The notes below the pieces were generated by a model, which worked only from the letters and a program-made list of their open reading frames with translations, made no database searches and was not told where the DNA came from. Of a DNA stretch of 38,183 bases, positions 1 through 9,286 are shown in pieces. Origin of the DNA: Candidatus Moranbacteria bacterium CG23_combo_of_CG06-09_8_20_14_all_35_22 (GTDB lineage Bacteria > Patescibacteriota > Minisyncoccia > Moranbacterales > UBA2206); the NCBI GenBank assembly GCA_002772115.1, contig PCRW01000068.1:1-38183 (forward strand). Direction: 5' to 3'. The position numbers and the translations under genes are program-made. The first letter of the stretch is position 1. Each line of letters opens with the position of its first letter.

Positions 1-151
1 TTCAAAATAAAAAATCAATTTCCAAAAATATTCTTGAGCCGGTTAAGAGCATCTTGATTGGCAATTTGGGGGAAATTGGGGTATAATCAAAATCACGCTG
101 GCGTATCGAAAAAAAATAAACATTGAATTAATTTATTTTATAATACAAAAC

Positions 152-1144
152 ATGAAGAAAAAAATAATCGACAAGATAAAAAGTTTTAAGTTTAAGAACC
201 TTAAAGTATTTATTTTAAAAAACAAAAATTTTTTAGAGATAATATTATTGGTTTTTGCGATTGCAATTGCAGTTGGAATTTTTGGTTTTAGCTCTCTAGG
301 GAAAAATGTTTCAAATTTTGTGGTTGAAAAAAATTGTTCAAATACTGTGGTTCAAAATGATGATGCAGGTGCAAATGATATTAAAGACGAGGAATTTGTG
401 AGCGAAAATTATTATAAGTTAAAGCCTGATTTGGTAATTAGTGTTATGGCGGATTCACAAGCTATTTTTGAAAGATTTAAACTGATTGGCGATTTTGCTA
501 AAAAAATGGAAGAGCAGGAGACAAAACCTGATTTTGTGATTGAAGCGGGAGATTTTATAGAAAATAGAACTAAAGCGGGTGGCGGAAGACAGCCCAGAGA
601 AGATGGTTTAGCGGATTTCAAAAAAGCGGACGCGCTTCTGGCTTACGAGCCTCGCTATCATGTTATTGGAAATCATGAGATGTTGAGTTTTAACAAAAAG
701 GATTATAAGGACTTAACCGGTTTTGATTCCTATTATTCTTTTATAGCAAAGGGCTATCAGATAATAGTTTTGGATGCTATGTATTGGCAAAGTTCCGAAA
801 AAGATGTCGATCCGGAAAAACAGAAACCAGGAGCTTATACCGGATATATTCCGTCAAAGGAAAAAATATGGCTAGAGGAAAGATTAAAAGAAAATGATCG
901 CAATATTATTTTTATCCATCATCCAATATATAATTTGACAAACAGTGTTGAAATTGAAAAGTTGTTGAAAAAATATCAAGATGATGTGATTTTGATTTCT
1001 AACGGTCACAAAAACAGAGCCAGAACTTTTACTTTTGCTGGAACTCATTATGCTGATATTCCTTCCTTGTATCATCAAAAACAATATATGATAATCAGTG
1101 TAAAAAACAAGATAGCCGAAGTTGAGTTTCTAAATTTATACTAA
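152..1144 (+). CDS. Membrane-anchored calcineurin-like metallophosphoesterase, paralogue 1 (catalytic motifs partly degenerate)
   Basis: K-rich N-terminus followed by one TM helix (ILLVFAIAIAVGIFGF). Metallophosphoesterase (MPE) motifs GDFIEN, GNHE, IHHP and NGHKN are present. Motif I reads MADSQ instead of DxH, and motif V reads GHKN instead of GHxH. The protein aligns end to end with the next ORF. Confidence 0.8.
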   Translation: MKKKIIDKIKSFKFKNLKVFILKNKNFLEIILLVFAIAIAVGIFGFSSLGKNVSNFVVEKNCSNTVVQNDDAGANDIKDEEFVSENYYKLKPDLVISVMADSQAIFERFKLIGDFAKKMEEQETKPDFVIEAGDFIENRTKAGGGRQPREDGLADFKKADALLAYEPRYHVIGNHEMLSFNKKDYKDLTGFDSYYSFIAKGYQIIVLDAMYWQSSEKDVDPEKQKPGAYTGYIPSKEKIWLEERLKENDRNIIFIHHPIYNLTNSVEIEKLLKKYQDDVILISNGHKNRARTFTFAGTHYADIPSLYHQKQYMIISVKNKIAEVEFLNLY

Positions 1145-1187
1145 TTAGTCGGTCGCTTGATAAATAATAAATTTAATTTAATTTCCT

Positions 1188-2168
1188 ATGAAGAAAAAAG
1201 TAATTGATAAAGTCAAAAATATTTTTTTGAAAAATAAAAAGAAAGTAAAAATAGCAGGATTGGTTTTTTTGGTTATAATTGCAGTTGTAATTTTTGGTTT
1301 CAGTTTTCTGGGAAAAAATGTTTCAAATTTTGTGGCAGAAAAAATTTATTCAAATAAAGTTCAAAAAAATCCTAATATTTCGATTGCAGTCGATGAAAAT
1401 TTTATTAGTGATGATAGCACAAATAAAAAATCGGATCTTGTTATAGGCGCAATGTCTGATTCCCATGCTGAAGGGAAAATTTATTCAATGATAGCTAAGT
1501 TTGCCAAAGAAGTGCATATACAAGAAAAAGGAGAAAGAAATCCAGAAAAGCCAGATTTTATTATTGAGCTGGGTGATTTTATTGAAAATAGGAATATTGA
1601 TGGGAATGGTAAACAGCCAAGGGCCGAAGGTATTGCTGAATGGAAAATAGCTGACGATAGTCTTTTGGGTTTTCAACCGCGATATCATGTAATTGGAAAT
1701 CATGAAATGTTTAGTTTATATAAGAAAGATTATAAAGAACTCACTGGCTTTGATAGCTATTATTCTTTTGTGGCGAAAAATTACCAAATTATAGTTTTGG
1801 ATGCTAATTATTGGTTTGATACCGGCGAAGATGTTGAGCGAGGAAAGGAAAAGCCGGGAGCTTATGAGGGATTTATTCCAGATAAAGAAAAAAAATGGTT
1901 GGAAGAAAAACTCCAAGAGAATAATCGGAATATTATCTTTGTTCATCATCCGTTGTATGGCTTATTTAATAGTATTGAAATTGAAGAATTATTATCAAAA
2001 TATAAAGATAGGGTAGTATTGATTGTAAGTGGACATAAGCATATAGCTAGAAGTTCAACCTTTGCTGGTATTAGTTATATTGATACGCCGTCACTTAATA
2101 TCAAAAAACAATATGTAATTATTAAGGTGAAAGATAATAAATCCGAGGTTGAATTTATTAATTTGTAA
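1188..2168 (+). CDS. Membrane-anchored calcineurin-like metallophosphoesterase, paralogue 2 (motifs intact)
   Basis: Same architecture as 152-1144. Motifs are SDSHA (DxH), GDFIEN, GNHE, VHHP and SGHKH. It is a tandem duplicate of the preceding gene. Confidence 0.85.
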   Translation: MKKKVIDKVKNIFLKNKKKVKIAGLVFLVIIAVVIFGFSFLGKNVSNFVAEKIYSNKVQKNPNISIAVDENFISDDSTNKKSDLVIGAMSDSHAEGKIYSMIAKFAKEVHIQEKGERNPEKPDFIIELGDFIENRNIDGNGKQPRAEGIAEWKIADDSLLGFQPRYHVIGNHEMFSLYKKDYKELTGFDSYYSFVAKNYQIIVLDANYWFDTGEDVERGKEKPGAYEGFIPDKEKKWLEEKLQENNRNIIFVHHPLYGLFNSIEIEELLSKYKDRVVLIVSGHKHIARSSTFAGISYIDTPSLNIKKQYVIIKVKDNKSEVEFINL

Positions 2169-2174
2169 TAGAAT

Positions 2175-4262
2175 ATGAGAATTCTAATTCTAAATTATGA
2201 ATATCCGCCTTTGGGTGGGGGAGCGGGCAATGCTGTTTTTTATCTGCTCAAGGAATTTTCCAAAAATTCAGATCTTTATGTTGATTTGGTGACTTCTTCG
2301 GCTGATAAAAAGTATCATTTGGAAAAAATAGGAGAGAATATAGAAATTCATAAATTACCAATCGGAAAAAATAATTCTAAAATGCATTTTCAGACCAATA
2401 AGGATCTTTTAGTTTATTCTTGGAAAGCTTATTGGTTTTCCAAGAAATTAATCAAAAAAGAAAAATTTGATGCGACGCTAGCCTTTTTTGGCATTCCTTG
2501 CGGTTATATTGCTAAGAAATTGGGTTTGCCGTATGTCGTGAGTCTGCGGGGAAGTGATGTGCCTTTTTACAATAACCGTTTTCATCTTTTAGATAAATTG
2601 TTTTTCCGCTATATGAGTAGAAATATTTGGAAAAAAGCGGGGGAAGTTGTGGCATTGAGTAATGATTTAGCTAATTTAGCCAAAAAATCGGCGCCAGAAC
2701 AAAAAATAACTATAGTGCGAAATGGGATAAATATTGAAGAATTTCATCCAGATGCTGAAATACTGAAAGAAGAAAAAACATTCAATATTCTTTTTGTCGG
2801 TAGATTGATCGAAAGAAAAGGGGGGATATATGCGCTGGAAGCTTTCAGAGATTTAGCCAAAAAACATAATAATGTCAAATTGCTAATTGCTGGTGAAGGG
2901 CCATTGCAAGAAGAGTACAAAAAATTTGCCAAAGAAAATAATTTAGAAGATATGATTGATTTTCTTGGTATTGTGAAACACTGTGAAATAGCTAAACTTT
3001 ATCAAAAATCTCATATATTTATTTTGCCATCGCTTAGTGAAGCACTTGGCAATGTGACGCAGGAAGCCTTGGCTTCGGGATTGCCAATCATCACGACTGA
3101 TACGGGTGCAGCTGAACTAATGAATGGAAACGGATTTATCATCAAGAAAAAATCGTCACAAGATATTTTTGATGGCCTTGAAAAAATAATCAACAACGAA
3201 AACTTGCGCCAAGAGATGTCGCAAAAAAGTCGAAAAATTTCGCAGTCAATGTCTTGGGCAGAAACAGCCAATCATTATATGCGAATATTAACTAGCGCAT
3301 CAGTGAAAAAAAACGAAATTAAAAAAAATAATAATAAGATAAAATTATTCCTAAAGCTTTTTGCGACCGCTCTTTTTCTGGGCTGGATTTTTTTCAAAAT
3401 TGATTGGTCGGAAGTGCTTATTTATTTTGAAAAACTGGATATTTGGTGGATGTTTGCTTTTGTGATAATTTATGCCGGTGGAACTTTGATTTCCTCAAGC
3501 AAATGGAAAATTCTGGCGGATTTCAAAGGAATTCATCTCAAATTTTGGGATATTTTCAAAATTTATCTAACAGGCGCTTTTATAAATAATTTTTTTCCTT
3601 CCATCATCGGTGGAGACACTTATCGTTCTTATACTCTAGGAAAGGCGGGAGGAAAAAAATATCTGGAAGCTACCTCAACGGTTTTGGCCGATCGAATTAT
3701 TGGTTTTGCCGGAGTGATGCTTCTAATTCTTTTTTTTAGCCTGCTTGATTTGAAAGCGGTTTTCAAAAATCACATTCTTTTGGTGGCTAATTTGGCGATA
3801 ATCGCATTTTTTGGAATCAATTTCCTTTTGGCAGTTATCAGAAAAAATTCAATTTGGAATAAGGTCAAAAGATTTATTCCGGAAAAAATAATCAAACTTA
3901 TTCGAGAAATATATTTTTATCAGCAGTATGGAGTATTGGCTAAAACTTTATTTTTAGGAGCAGCTTTTAATTTCATTGGAGTTGGATTGGCGTCGTGGAT
4001 GCTTTTTGTTGATTTGCATATTCCCATAAGCTTTATTGATTTTATGATTGCTATTTCCATTGTGAGTATAGTTTCTTCGATCCCCGTGAGCATTGGAAAC
4101 ATCGGCATCAAAGAATGGGCCTTTATCACTTTTTTTGGTATCTTCGGAGTGGATGGTGAAGCAGCGATTTCCATTGCCATTTTTGGCCGATTTTTGCAAA
4201 TGCTAGTGAGTTTTTTTGCAATACCATTTTATTTAAAAGAAAAAAAAGACCGCGATAAATAA
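2175..4262 (+). CDS. Fusion protein: GT4 (GT-B) glycosyltransferase fused to a C-terminal lysyl-PG-synthase/UPF0104-type flippase-like TM domain
   Basis: The N-terminal ~370 aa is GT4-like (ILNYEYPPLGGGAGNA; EX7E-type region PSLSEALGNVTQEALASGLPIITTD). The C-terminal ~320 aa has about 8 TM helices and the family-typical FFPSIIGGDTYR and PVSIGNIGIKE motifs. Confidence 0.75.
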   Translation: MRILILNYEYPPLGGGAGNAVFYLLKEFSKNSDLYVDLVTSSADKKYHLEKIGENIEIHKLPIGKNNSKMHFQTNKDLLVYSWKAYWFSKKLIKKEKFDATLAFFGIPCGYIAKKLGLPYVVSLRGSDVPFYNNRFHLLDKLFFRYMSRNIWKKAGEVVALSNDLANLAKKSAPEQKITIVRNGINIEEFHPDAEILKEEKTFNILFVGRLIERKGGIYALEAFRDLAKKHNNVKLLIAGEGPLQEEYKKFAKENNLEDMIDFLGIVKHCEIAKLYQKSHIFILPSLSEALGNVTQEALASGLPIITTDTGAAELMNGNGFIIKKKSSQDIFDGLEKIINNENLRQEMSQKSRKISQSMSWAETANHYMRILTSASVKKNEIKKNNNKIKLFLKLFATALFLGWIFFKIDWSEVLIYFEKLDIWWMFAFVIIYAGGTLISSSKWKILADFKGIHLKFWDIFKIYLTGAFINNFFPSIIGGDTYRSYTLGKAGGKKYLEATSTVLADRIIGFAGVMLLILFFSLLDLKAVFKNHILLVANLAIIAFFGINFLLAVIRKNSIWNKVKRFIPEKIIKLIREIYFYQQYGVLAKTLFLGAAFNFIGVGLASWMLFVDLHIPISFIDFMIAISIVSIVSSIPVSIGNIGIKEWAFITFFGIFGVDGEAAISIAIFGRFLQMLVSFFAIPFYLKEKKDRDK

Positions 4263-4296
4263 TTATTGGAAGTTGAAATTATTACGCAGTCTTTTT

Positions 4297-6117
4297 TTAT
4301 TCAGCTTTATAAATCTTTATAAAATTATCCGGTCGTCCGTCGATATACATCTCCCAAACGGGAGTTTTTGTTTCCAGAAAATTATTTAGCGGAATATATT
4401 TTCTTTGACAAGTATTTTTTCTTTTATTGCACCAATAATCATACATCATTTTTCCTTGTTGACTGAAAACATAATATTCAACTGGTTTCCAATTTTTTTT
4501 AGAAAGATATTCTCGGTAAGTTGTACCTTTGAAAAACTTAGAAAATCCGCCATAATCCGCCCAAACAACTATATTTTTTGCATCAGGGAGTGAATTTAGA
4601 TATTGCGCCACTTCATATCCGCCATATCCCCAAGCGCCGGACAAGATGTATTTTTGGGGAAGTAGAGAATTGATGTAGCTAAAATAAAAAGGCTTGGCTT
4701 GCCAAAGGCTCAAAAAACTTATGGCAATAATAGCCAGTGAAATATAAACCTTGTTGATATTTTTTAGTTTATTATGAGAAAAAAATTCATATAAGCCAAA
4801 AGAAGCTAAAATTGATACTAGCGGATAAAGAATAATGCTGTAGCGGACAGTGGAGGGAAGTTTTTCAGCAATTAAAGCGAAATAATAAACGATTATGAAT
4901 AATTGAAGAATGATTGAGGTAAAAGTCATATTTATTTTTTTAAATATTTGTTTTATCCAAATAAATAGTAAAAATATAATGACAAGTGGAGTGAGAGAAA
5001 AAGTTAAGGAATAAAATTGGTATAGTAATTTTTCTAAAAATAAAGAATCTTTTGTGAAATCAGATGAGCGAGTGGCATACTGCACGATATTTTCAGGATT
5101 TAAGAAGAATAAATTCGTGTTCCAGTTTATGATAACCGCTACAAAAGTTAATGTTAGTAATAGAGGAATAAATCTAAATATTTCTTCAAATTTTTTAGGA
5201 ATAAAGTTTATTATTTTGAGAGATAGTTTGCTGTTTAATTTGATAGCATCCGCAATGAGAAAAAATTGTATTATAAGTATAAGTGGCAATATCTTTTTCA
5301 TTGAGGAATAGCCGATTGTATAATCAAAAAAAAGTTGTTTATCAATAAAAACCGCCGGCATAAAAAAAGAAAAAACGGCTAATGATCCAATTATTGTTGT
5401 TAGATAAAAAATAGATATTTTTAATATTTTTTTATGGATTGGTATTGAATTTATTTTCCACTTTGGGATATTTAGAAAATAAAAAATCAGAGTGGCAATA
5501 AAAAGAAAAGGGAAAAAAATAACACTTACAAATTTTGTCAGAAGGGACAATCCCAGAAAAATAGGGGATAGCAATATGAACTTCTTTTCTTCCGTTTGTA
5601 GATAAGCGATAAAGTTCAGAAGTGTGGCAGTTGAAAAAAGCCAAAACAATGAATCGGGATTGATGATTTGGGAAATTCCTAAAAGAATAGGGGAAAGAAG
5701 CATCAAGGCGAAAGACCAAAAAGCAATCCAAAAATTGGCAGTTATTTTTTTTATCAGCCAGAAAATATAAAGCATAAAAAAAGCGTTGAAAAAAAGAATA
5801 GGCAGACGGAAAGATTTATACAGAGATTCAACTTTTAATATATTGCTAATATCTTTTTGTGGATTTTTTTCCCAAAAAAGAGAAATACCTGAAACAAGCG
5901 CAACTGGTATACCAGGTTTATCGCTAAGGACGGTAGCTGGCCAATCTTTTGGACTAAGACTATGCCAATATATATAAACTCTTTCGCCTATCCACAAATG
6001 TTCATCGGCAGTTTGAAATTGAGTCAGATGGTAAAAGCCAAAAGAAAAATAAATTACATAAACGATTAAAAACAAGAAAGCCAAAATACTTTTTTTCTTC
6101 AAATTTATTTTTTCCAT
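4297..6117 (-). CDS. Polytopic GT-C-fold glycosyltransferase (ArnT/PMT, GT39/GT83-like)
   Basis: 606 aa with more than 12 predicted TM helices. An acidic motif sits in the first extracytoplasmic loop (QTADEHLW). A soluble C-terminal domain of about 120 aa is present. Confidence 0.65.
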   Translation of the reverse strand: MEKINLKKKSILAFLFLIVYVIYFSFGFYHLTQFQTADEHLWIGERVYIYWHSLSPKDWPATVLSDKPGIPVALVSGISLFWEKNPQKDISNILKVESLYKSFRLPILFFNAFFMLYIFWLIKKITANFWIAFWSFALMLLSPILLGISQIINPDSLFWLFSTATLLNFIAYLQTEEKKFILLSPIFLGLSLLTKFVSVIFFPFLFIATLIFYFLNIPKWKINSIPIHKKILKISIFYLTTIIGSLAVFSFFMPAVFIDKQLFFDYTIGYSSMKKILPLILIIQFFLIADAIKLNSKLSLKIINFIPKKFEEIFRFIPLLLTLTFVAVIINWNTNLFFLNPENIVQYATRSSDFTKDSLFLEKLLYQFYSLTFSLTPLVIIFLLFIWIKQIFKKINMTFTSIILQLFIIVYYFALIAEKLPSTVRYSIILYPLVSILASFGLYEFFSHNKLKNINKVYISLAIIAISFLSLWQAKPFYFSYINSLLPQKYILSGAWGYGGYEVAQYLNSLPDAKNIVVWADYGGFSKFFKGTTYREYLSKKNWKPVEYYVFSQQGKMMYDYWCNKRKNTCQRKYIPLNNFLETKTPVWEMYIDGRPDNFIKIYKAE

Positions 6118-6170
6118 AATAAACTGTTGCTATTGATTATATTTTGTTTATTGTTTATAATTATTTTAGC

Positions 6171-7697
6171 ATGAATATTGGTGAAAGAAAAATAATAATA
6201 AGTTCGCTTTTTTTGATTGTGCTTTTGGGCGCATTTTTGCGTTTGTACAAACTTAATGATGAGGCTTTTGCGCGGGATGAATTTTTTGATATCAATACCT
6301 CGTATGGATATTTCAAAACAGGGGAGTGGTTAGCGTGGGATTTTAATTTAAATCAACCATTGGAATCAGCTTTGCAAAAAGATTATAGCAACACTCGCGC
6401 CCAGCTTTTTCGAATTCCCTTGGCTTTGGCGTATAATATTATGGAGCCAACTGAAGGCAATGCTCGGCTCATGAGTGTTTTCTGGGGGATTGTGAGTATT
6501 TTGGTTATATATTTTGTGACACTTTCTTTTACGGGAAATTATTGGATGGCGCTTTTGGCGGCACTGTTAGTTTCCATTGGCGAATCGGAAATTCTTTTTG
6601 GCCGGCGTTTGCGAATGTATTCAATGCTTTTTCCAATTTATCTCATTTTTTCTTGGTTGCTGTTTAAGTTTTATGAATCTGAATATAAAGGCAAAATAAA
6701 ATTCTTTCAAAAAATTTATCAAAAATTTAAAGTTAATTTGAATTATATTTTGCCGACGGCAATTTTTGGATTGGTGAGTTATGAAATTCAAGAGTTGAGT
6801 GTGCATATCGTTTTCGCTTTAGTAGCCTATTGTACTGTTTTGGCTTTATTTAATTTTTTTAAAAAACAAAAATATTGGGACAAATATAATCTAACTTTAT
6901 TTTTGAGTTTTTTGAGTTTTCTTGTGTTGAAAGTTGCTTTTAGCCAAGTTTATAAAGATTTTGACAAGGCGGTGAGTTTTTGGCAGGACAATTATCGGAG
7001 TATCGAATATTTTTTTACTGACTTTAAATATTTAGTTGTTGGAATAGCGCTTTTTTTTCTGGGTGGATTATTTTTGGCTTTCAAACTCAAACGAAAAAAA
7101 GAAGCTTTATTTATTTTTCTTTCCGCTTTCATTCCACTTTTTTACGCTATTTTTTCTTGGGTACGCGAACCAGCTTCACGCTATATTTATTTTATCCAAT
7201 CATTTGGAATTATTCTTGTCTCAATTGGAATTTATGCCATCTATTATTTTTTAGCAGGAAAATTTAAAAATCATAAAAAATTCATCGCTTTAGCGATTTT
7301 AGCACTAACTTTTTTATCCTTAGATTATTCTCATATTTTGGGCAAGGACAATCTGTATCAACAAAGAGCAACTTCAAATTTTATAGACTTTCGAAAAGTT
7401 TTTGCTGTGGCGAAGGAAAATATGAAACCAGGAGACATTATGATCACGCGAGCCTATCGTAGTTTCTATTTTCCCAATTGGAAAACAAAAGTGTATGATG
7501 TGAAAGTTTTGCCATTGGAAAAACAAAATTGCCAAGAAACATTTGCTAAAATTATTTCTGAAAATGAAAGCGGAATGGTAGTTTTACCAGAGATTGATCA
7601 TTTGTTAGTATGTAAAAACGGCCGGAAATATTTGGAAGAAAATTTGGAAAAAATAGATTCGCAGGTGAAAGGTGTGAATATTTATCGCTGGCAATAA
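6171..7697 (+). CDS. GT-C-fold membrane glycosyltransferase (ArnT/PMT-like), tandem paralogue A
   Basis: First-loop motif FARDEFFDINTSYGYFKTGEWLAWDF, multiple TM helices and a C-terminal soluble domain ending IYRW. The ATG at 6171 (MNIGERK) is preferred over the upstream TTG at 6144. Confidence 0.75.
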   Translation: MNIGERKIIISSLFLIVLLGAFLRLYKLNDEAFARDEFFDINTSYGYFKTGEWLAWDFNLNQPLESALQKDYSNTRAQLFRIPLALAYNIMEPTEGNARLMSVFWGIVSILVIYFVTLSFTGNYWMALLAALLVSIGESEILFGRRLRMYSMLFPIYLIFSWLLFKFYESEYKGKIKFFQKIYQKFKVNLNYILPTAIFGLVSYEIQELSVHIVFALVAYCTVLALFNFFKKQKYWDKYNLTLFLSFLSFLVLKVAFSQVYKDFDKAVSFWQDNYRSIEYFFTDFKYLVVGIALFFLGGLFLAFKLKRKKEALFIFLSAFIPLFYAIFSWVREPASRYIYFIQSFGIILVSIGIYAIYYFLAGKFKNHKKFIALAILALTFLSLDYSHILGKDNLYQQRATSNFIDFRKVFAVAKENMKPGDIMITRAYRSFYFPNWKTKVYDVKVLPLEKQNCQETFAKIISENESGMVVLPEIDHLLVCKNGRKYLEENLEKIDSQVKGVNIYRWQ

Positions 7698-7715
7698 TTA
7701 TTTTAGGATAAAAAT

Positions 7716-9248
7716 ATGCAAAATAAAAAAAATTTCTTAATTATGTTGATGCTAGTAGTTTTTCTTGGTGCGGGGCTGCGCATTTATAACTTAGGCAACA
7801 CTTCTTTTGATCGAGATGAATTCTTTGAGCTCAATTCTTCCTATGGTTATTTTAAAACAGGCACTTGGGTAGCCTGGGATTTTGGCAATGAGAAACCGTT
7901 TGAAGCGAGCTTGCAAGACAAAACTAGTACGGAGCGAGCGGAAATTTATCGCTGGCAATTGGCGCAGGTGTATAAATTTTTTGAACCGACAGAAATTTCA
8001 ACTCGCGCGATAAGTGTTTTTTGGGGAATTGTGAGTATTCTTGCCATATATTTTGTGACTCTTTCGTTTACGGGAAATTATTGGACAGCACTTTTGGCAG
8101 CTTTTTTGGTTGCAGTTGGTGAATCAGGCATAGTTTATAGTCGACGACTTCGTATGTACTCAATGCTTTTTCCTGTTTACTTAATTTTTTCTTGGTGTGT
8201 TTTCAAATTTTATGAAACGAAATATATCGGCAAGAATAAATTTTTTAAATTAGCTTCCGACAAACTAAATGTCAACTTGTTGTACATTTTGCCGGTAATA
8301 ATCACAGGGATTGTGAGCTACAATGTGCATATGCTTTCAGTGAGTATTGTGGTGGCAATTTTTTCTTTTTGTGTTTGCAGTTGGTTTTTATGGGAGAGAA
8401 AAAGTGGGAAAATAAATAAATATTCCATTACATTAGGAATGATTTTTATTGCCTATCTTATTGTGAGCTTGACTCCAAGTCTAGCTAAATTCTACAAATC
8501 ATTCAAAAAACAAGTCGAGCTTTTCAAATTTAATTATAATTATTTTACCGAATATTTTACGGATTTTATTTTTCCAATTGTCGGTTTAGTTTTGGCGCTT
8601 ATTGGAGTATGGTATTTATTTGAAAAAATGAAGAGAAAAAAAGAAGCAGTTTTTCTTTTTCTTTCGGCATTTGCCGTACTTGCTTTTGCTGTTTTCACTT
8701 GGGACAGAACTCCCTCTGGTCGTTACATCTATTTCATTCAATCTTTTGGCATAATTCTTGTGTCCGTTGGAATATACGCACTTTTCATCTATTTGACTGA
8801 TTATATTAAAAAACACAAGAAAATAGCGGGGATAATTCTGTTGATATTTTTTCTGGTGCTGATGGATTGGTCTTATTTCAAAAAAGAAAATAATATCTAT
8901 GCTCATACGAAAAATTCATATTATCCAGATTTTAAAAATATTTTTCCTTATATTTTAGAAAACAAAAAAGACGGAGATGTTTTTTTTACGCGATCATACC
9001 GTAGTTATTATTGGCAAGGAGAAAAAATAAAAGTAATTGATCTCCAGTCGCTTCCATTTGAGAAAAAAGATTGTTTGAAAAATGTCAGTGAAGTTATGGC
9101 GAAAAATCCAAAGGGCTGGTTTATTCTACCAAAAATAGATATGAATTTAATCTGCAAAGACGGGATAAAATATCTGGATGATAATTTTGAAAAAGTAAAA
9201 GATGAACATATTCCAACTTCTGTTTCAGTTTATCGTTGGGGTGGATAA
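7716..9248 (+). CDS. GT-C-fold membrane glycosyltransferase (ArnT/PMT-like), tandem paralogue B
   Basis: FDRDEFFELNSSYGYFKTGTWVAWDF. It shares long identical blocks with paralogue A (SVFWGIVSIL.IYFVTLSFTGNYW, RRLRMYSMLFP.YLIFSW, RYIYFIQSFGIILVS). Confidence 0.8.
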   Translation: MQNKKNFLIMLMLVVFLGAGLRIYNLGNTSFDRDEFFELNSSYGYFKTGTWVAWDFGNEKPFEASLQDKTSTERAEIYRWQLAQVYKFFEPTEISTRAISVFWGIVSILAIYFVTLSFTGNYWTALLAAFLVAVGESGIVYSRRLRMYSMLFPVYLIFSWCVFKFYETKYIGKNKFFKLASDKLNVNLLYILPVIITGIVSYNVHMLSVSIVVAIFSFCVCSWFLWERKSGKINKYSITLGMIFIAYLIVSLTPSLAKFYKSFKKQVELFKFNYNYFTEYFTDFIFPIVGLVLALIGVWYLFEKMKRKKEAVFLFLSAFAVLAFAVFTWDRTPSGRYIYFIQSFGIILVSVGIYALFIYLTDYIKKHKKIAGIILLIFFLVLMDWSYFKKENNIYAHTKNSYYPDFKNIFPYILENKKDGDVFFTRSYRSYYWQGEKIKVIDLQSLPFEKKDCLKNVSEVMAKNPKGWFILPKIDMNLICKDGIKYLDDNFEKVKDEHIPTSVSVYRWGG

Positions 9249-9286
9249 AAAGCAAAATTCTAAAAAATAAATTTTAAACTAAAACA

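Noticed and set aside
6144-6170. Upstream alternative starts: TTG at 6144 for GT-C paralogue A and GTG at 29412 for rplI.
   Set aside because: Downstream ATGs (6171 MNIGERK; 29457 MKIILFQD) match the N-termini of the paralogues and the L9 family. The upstream extensions add non-homologous residues.
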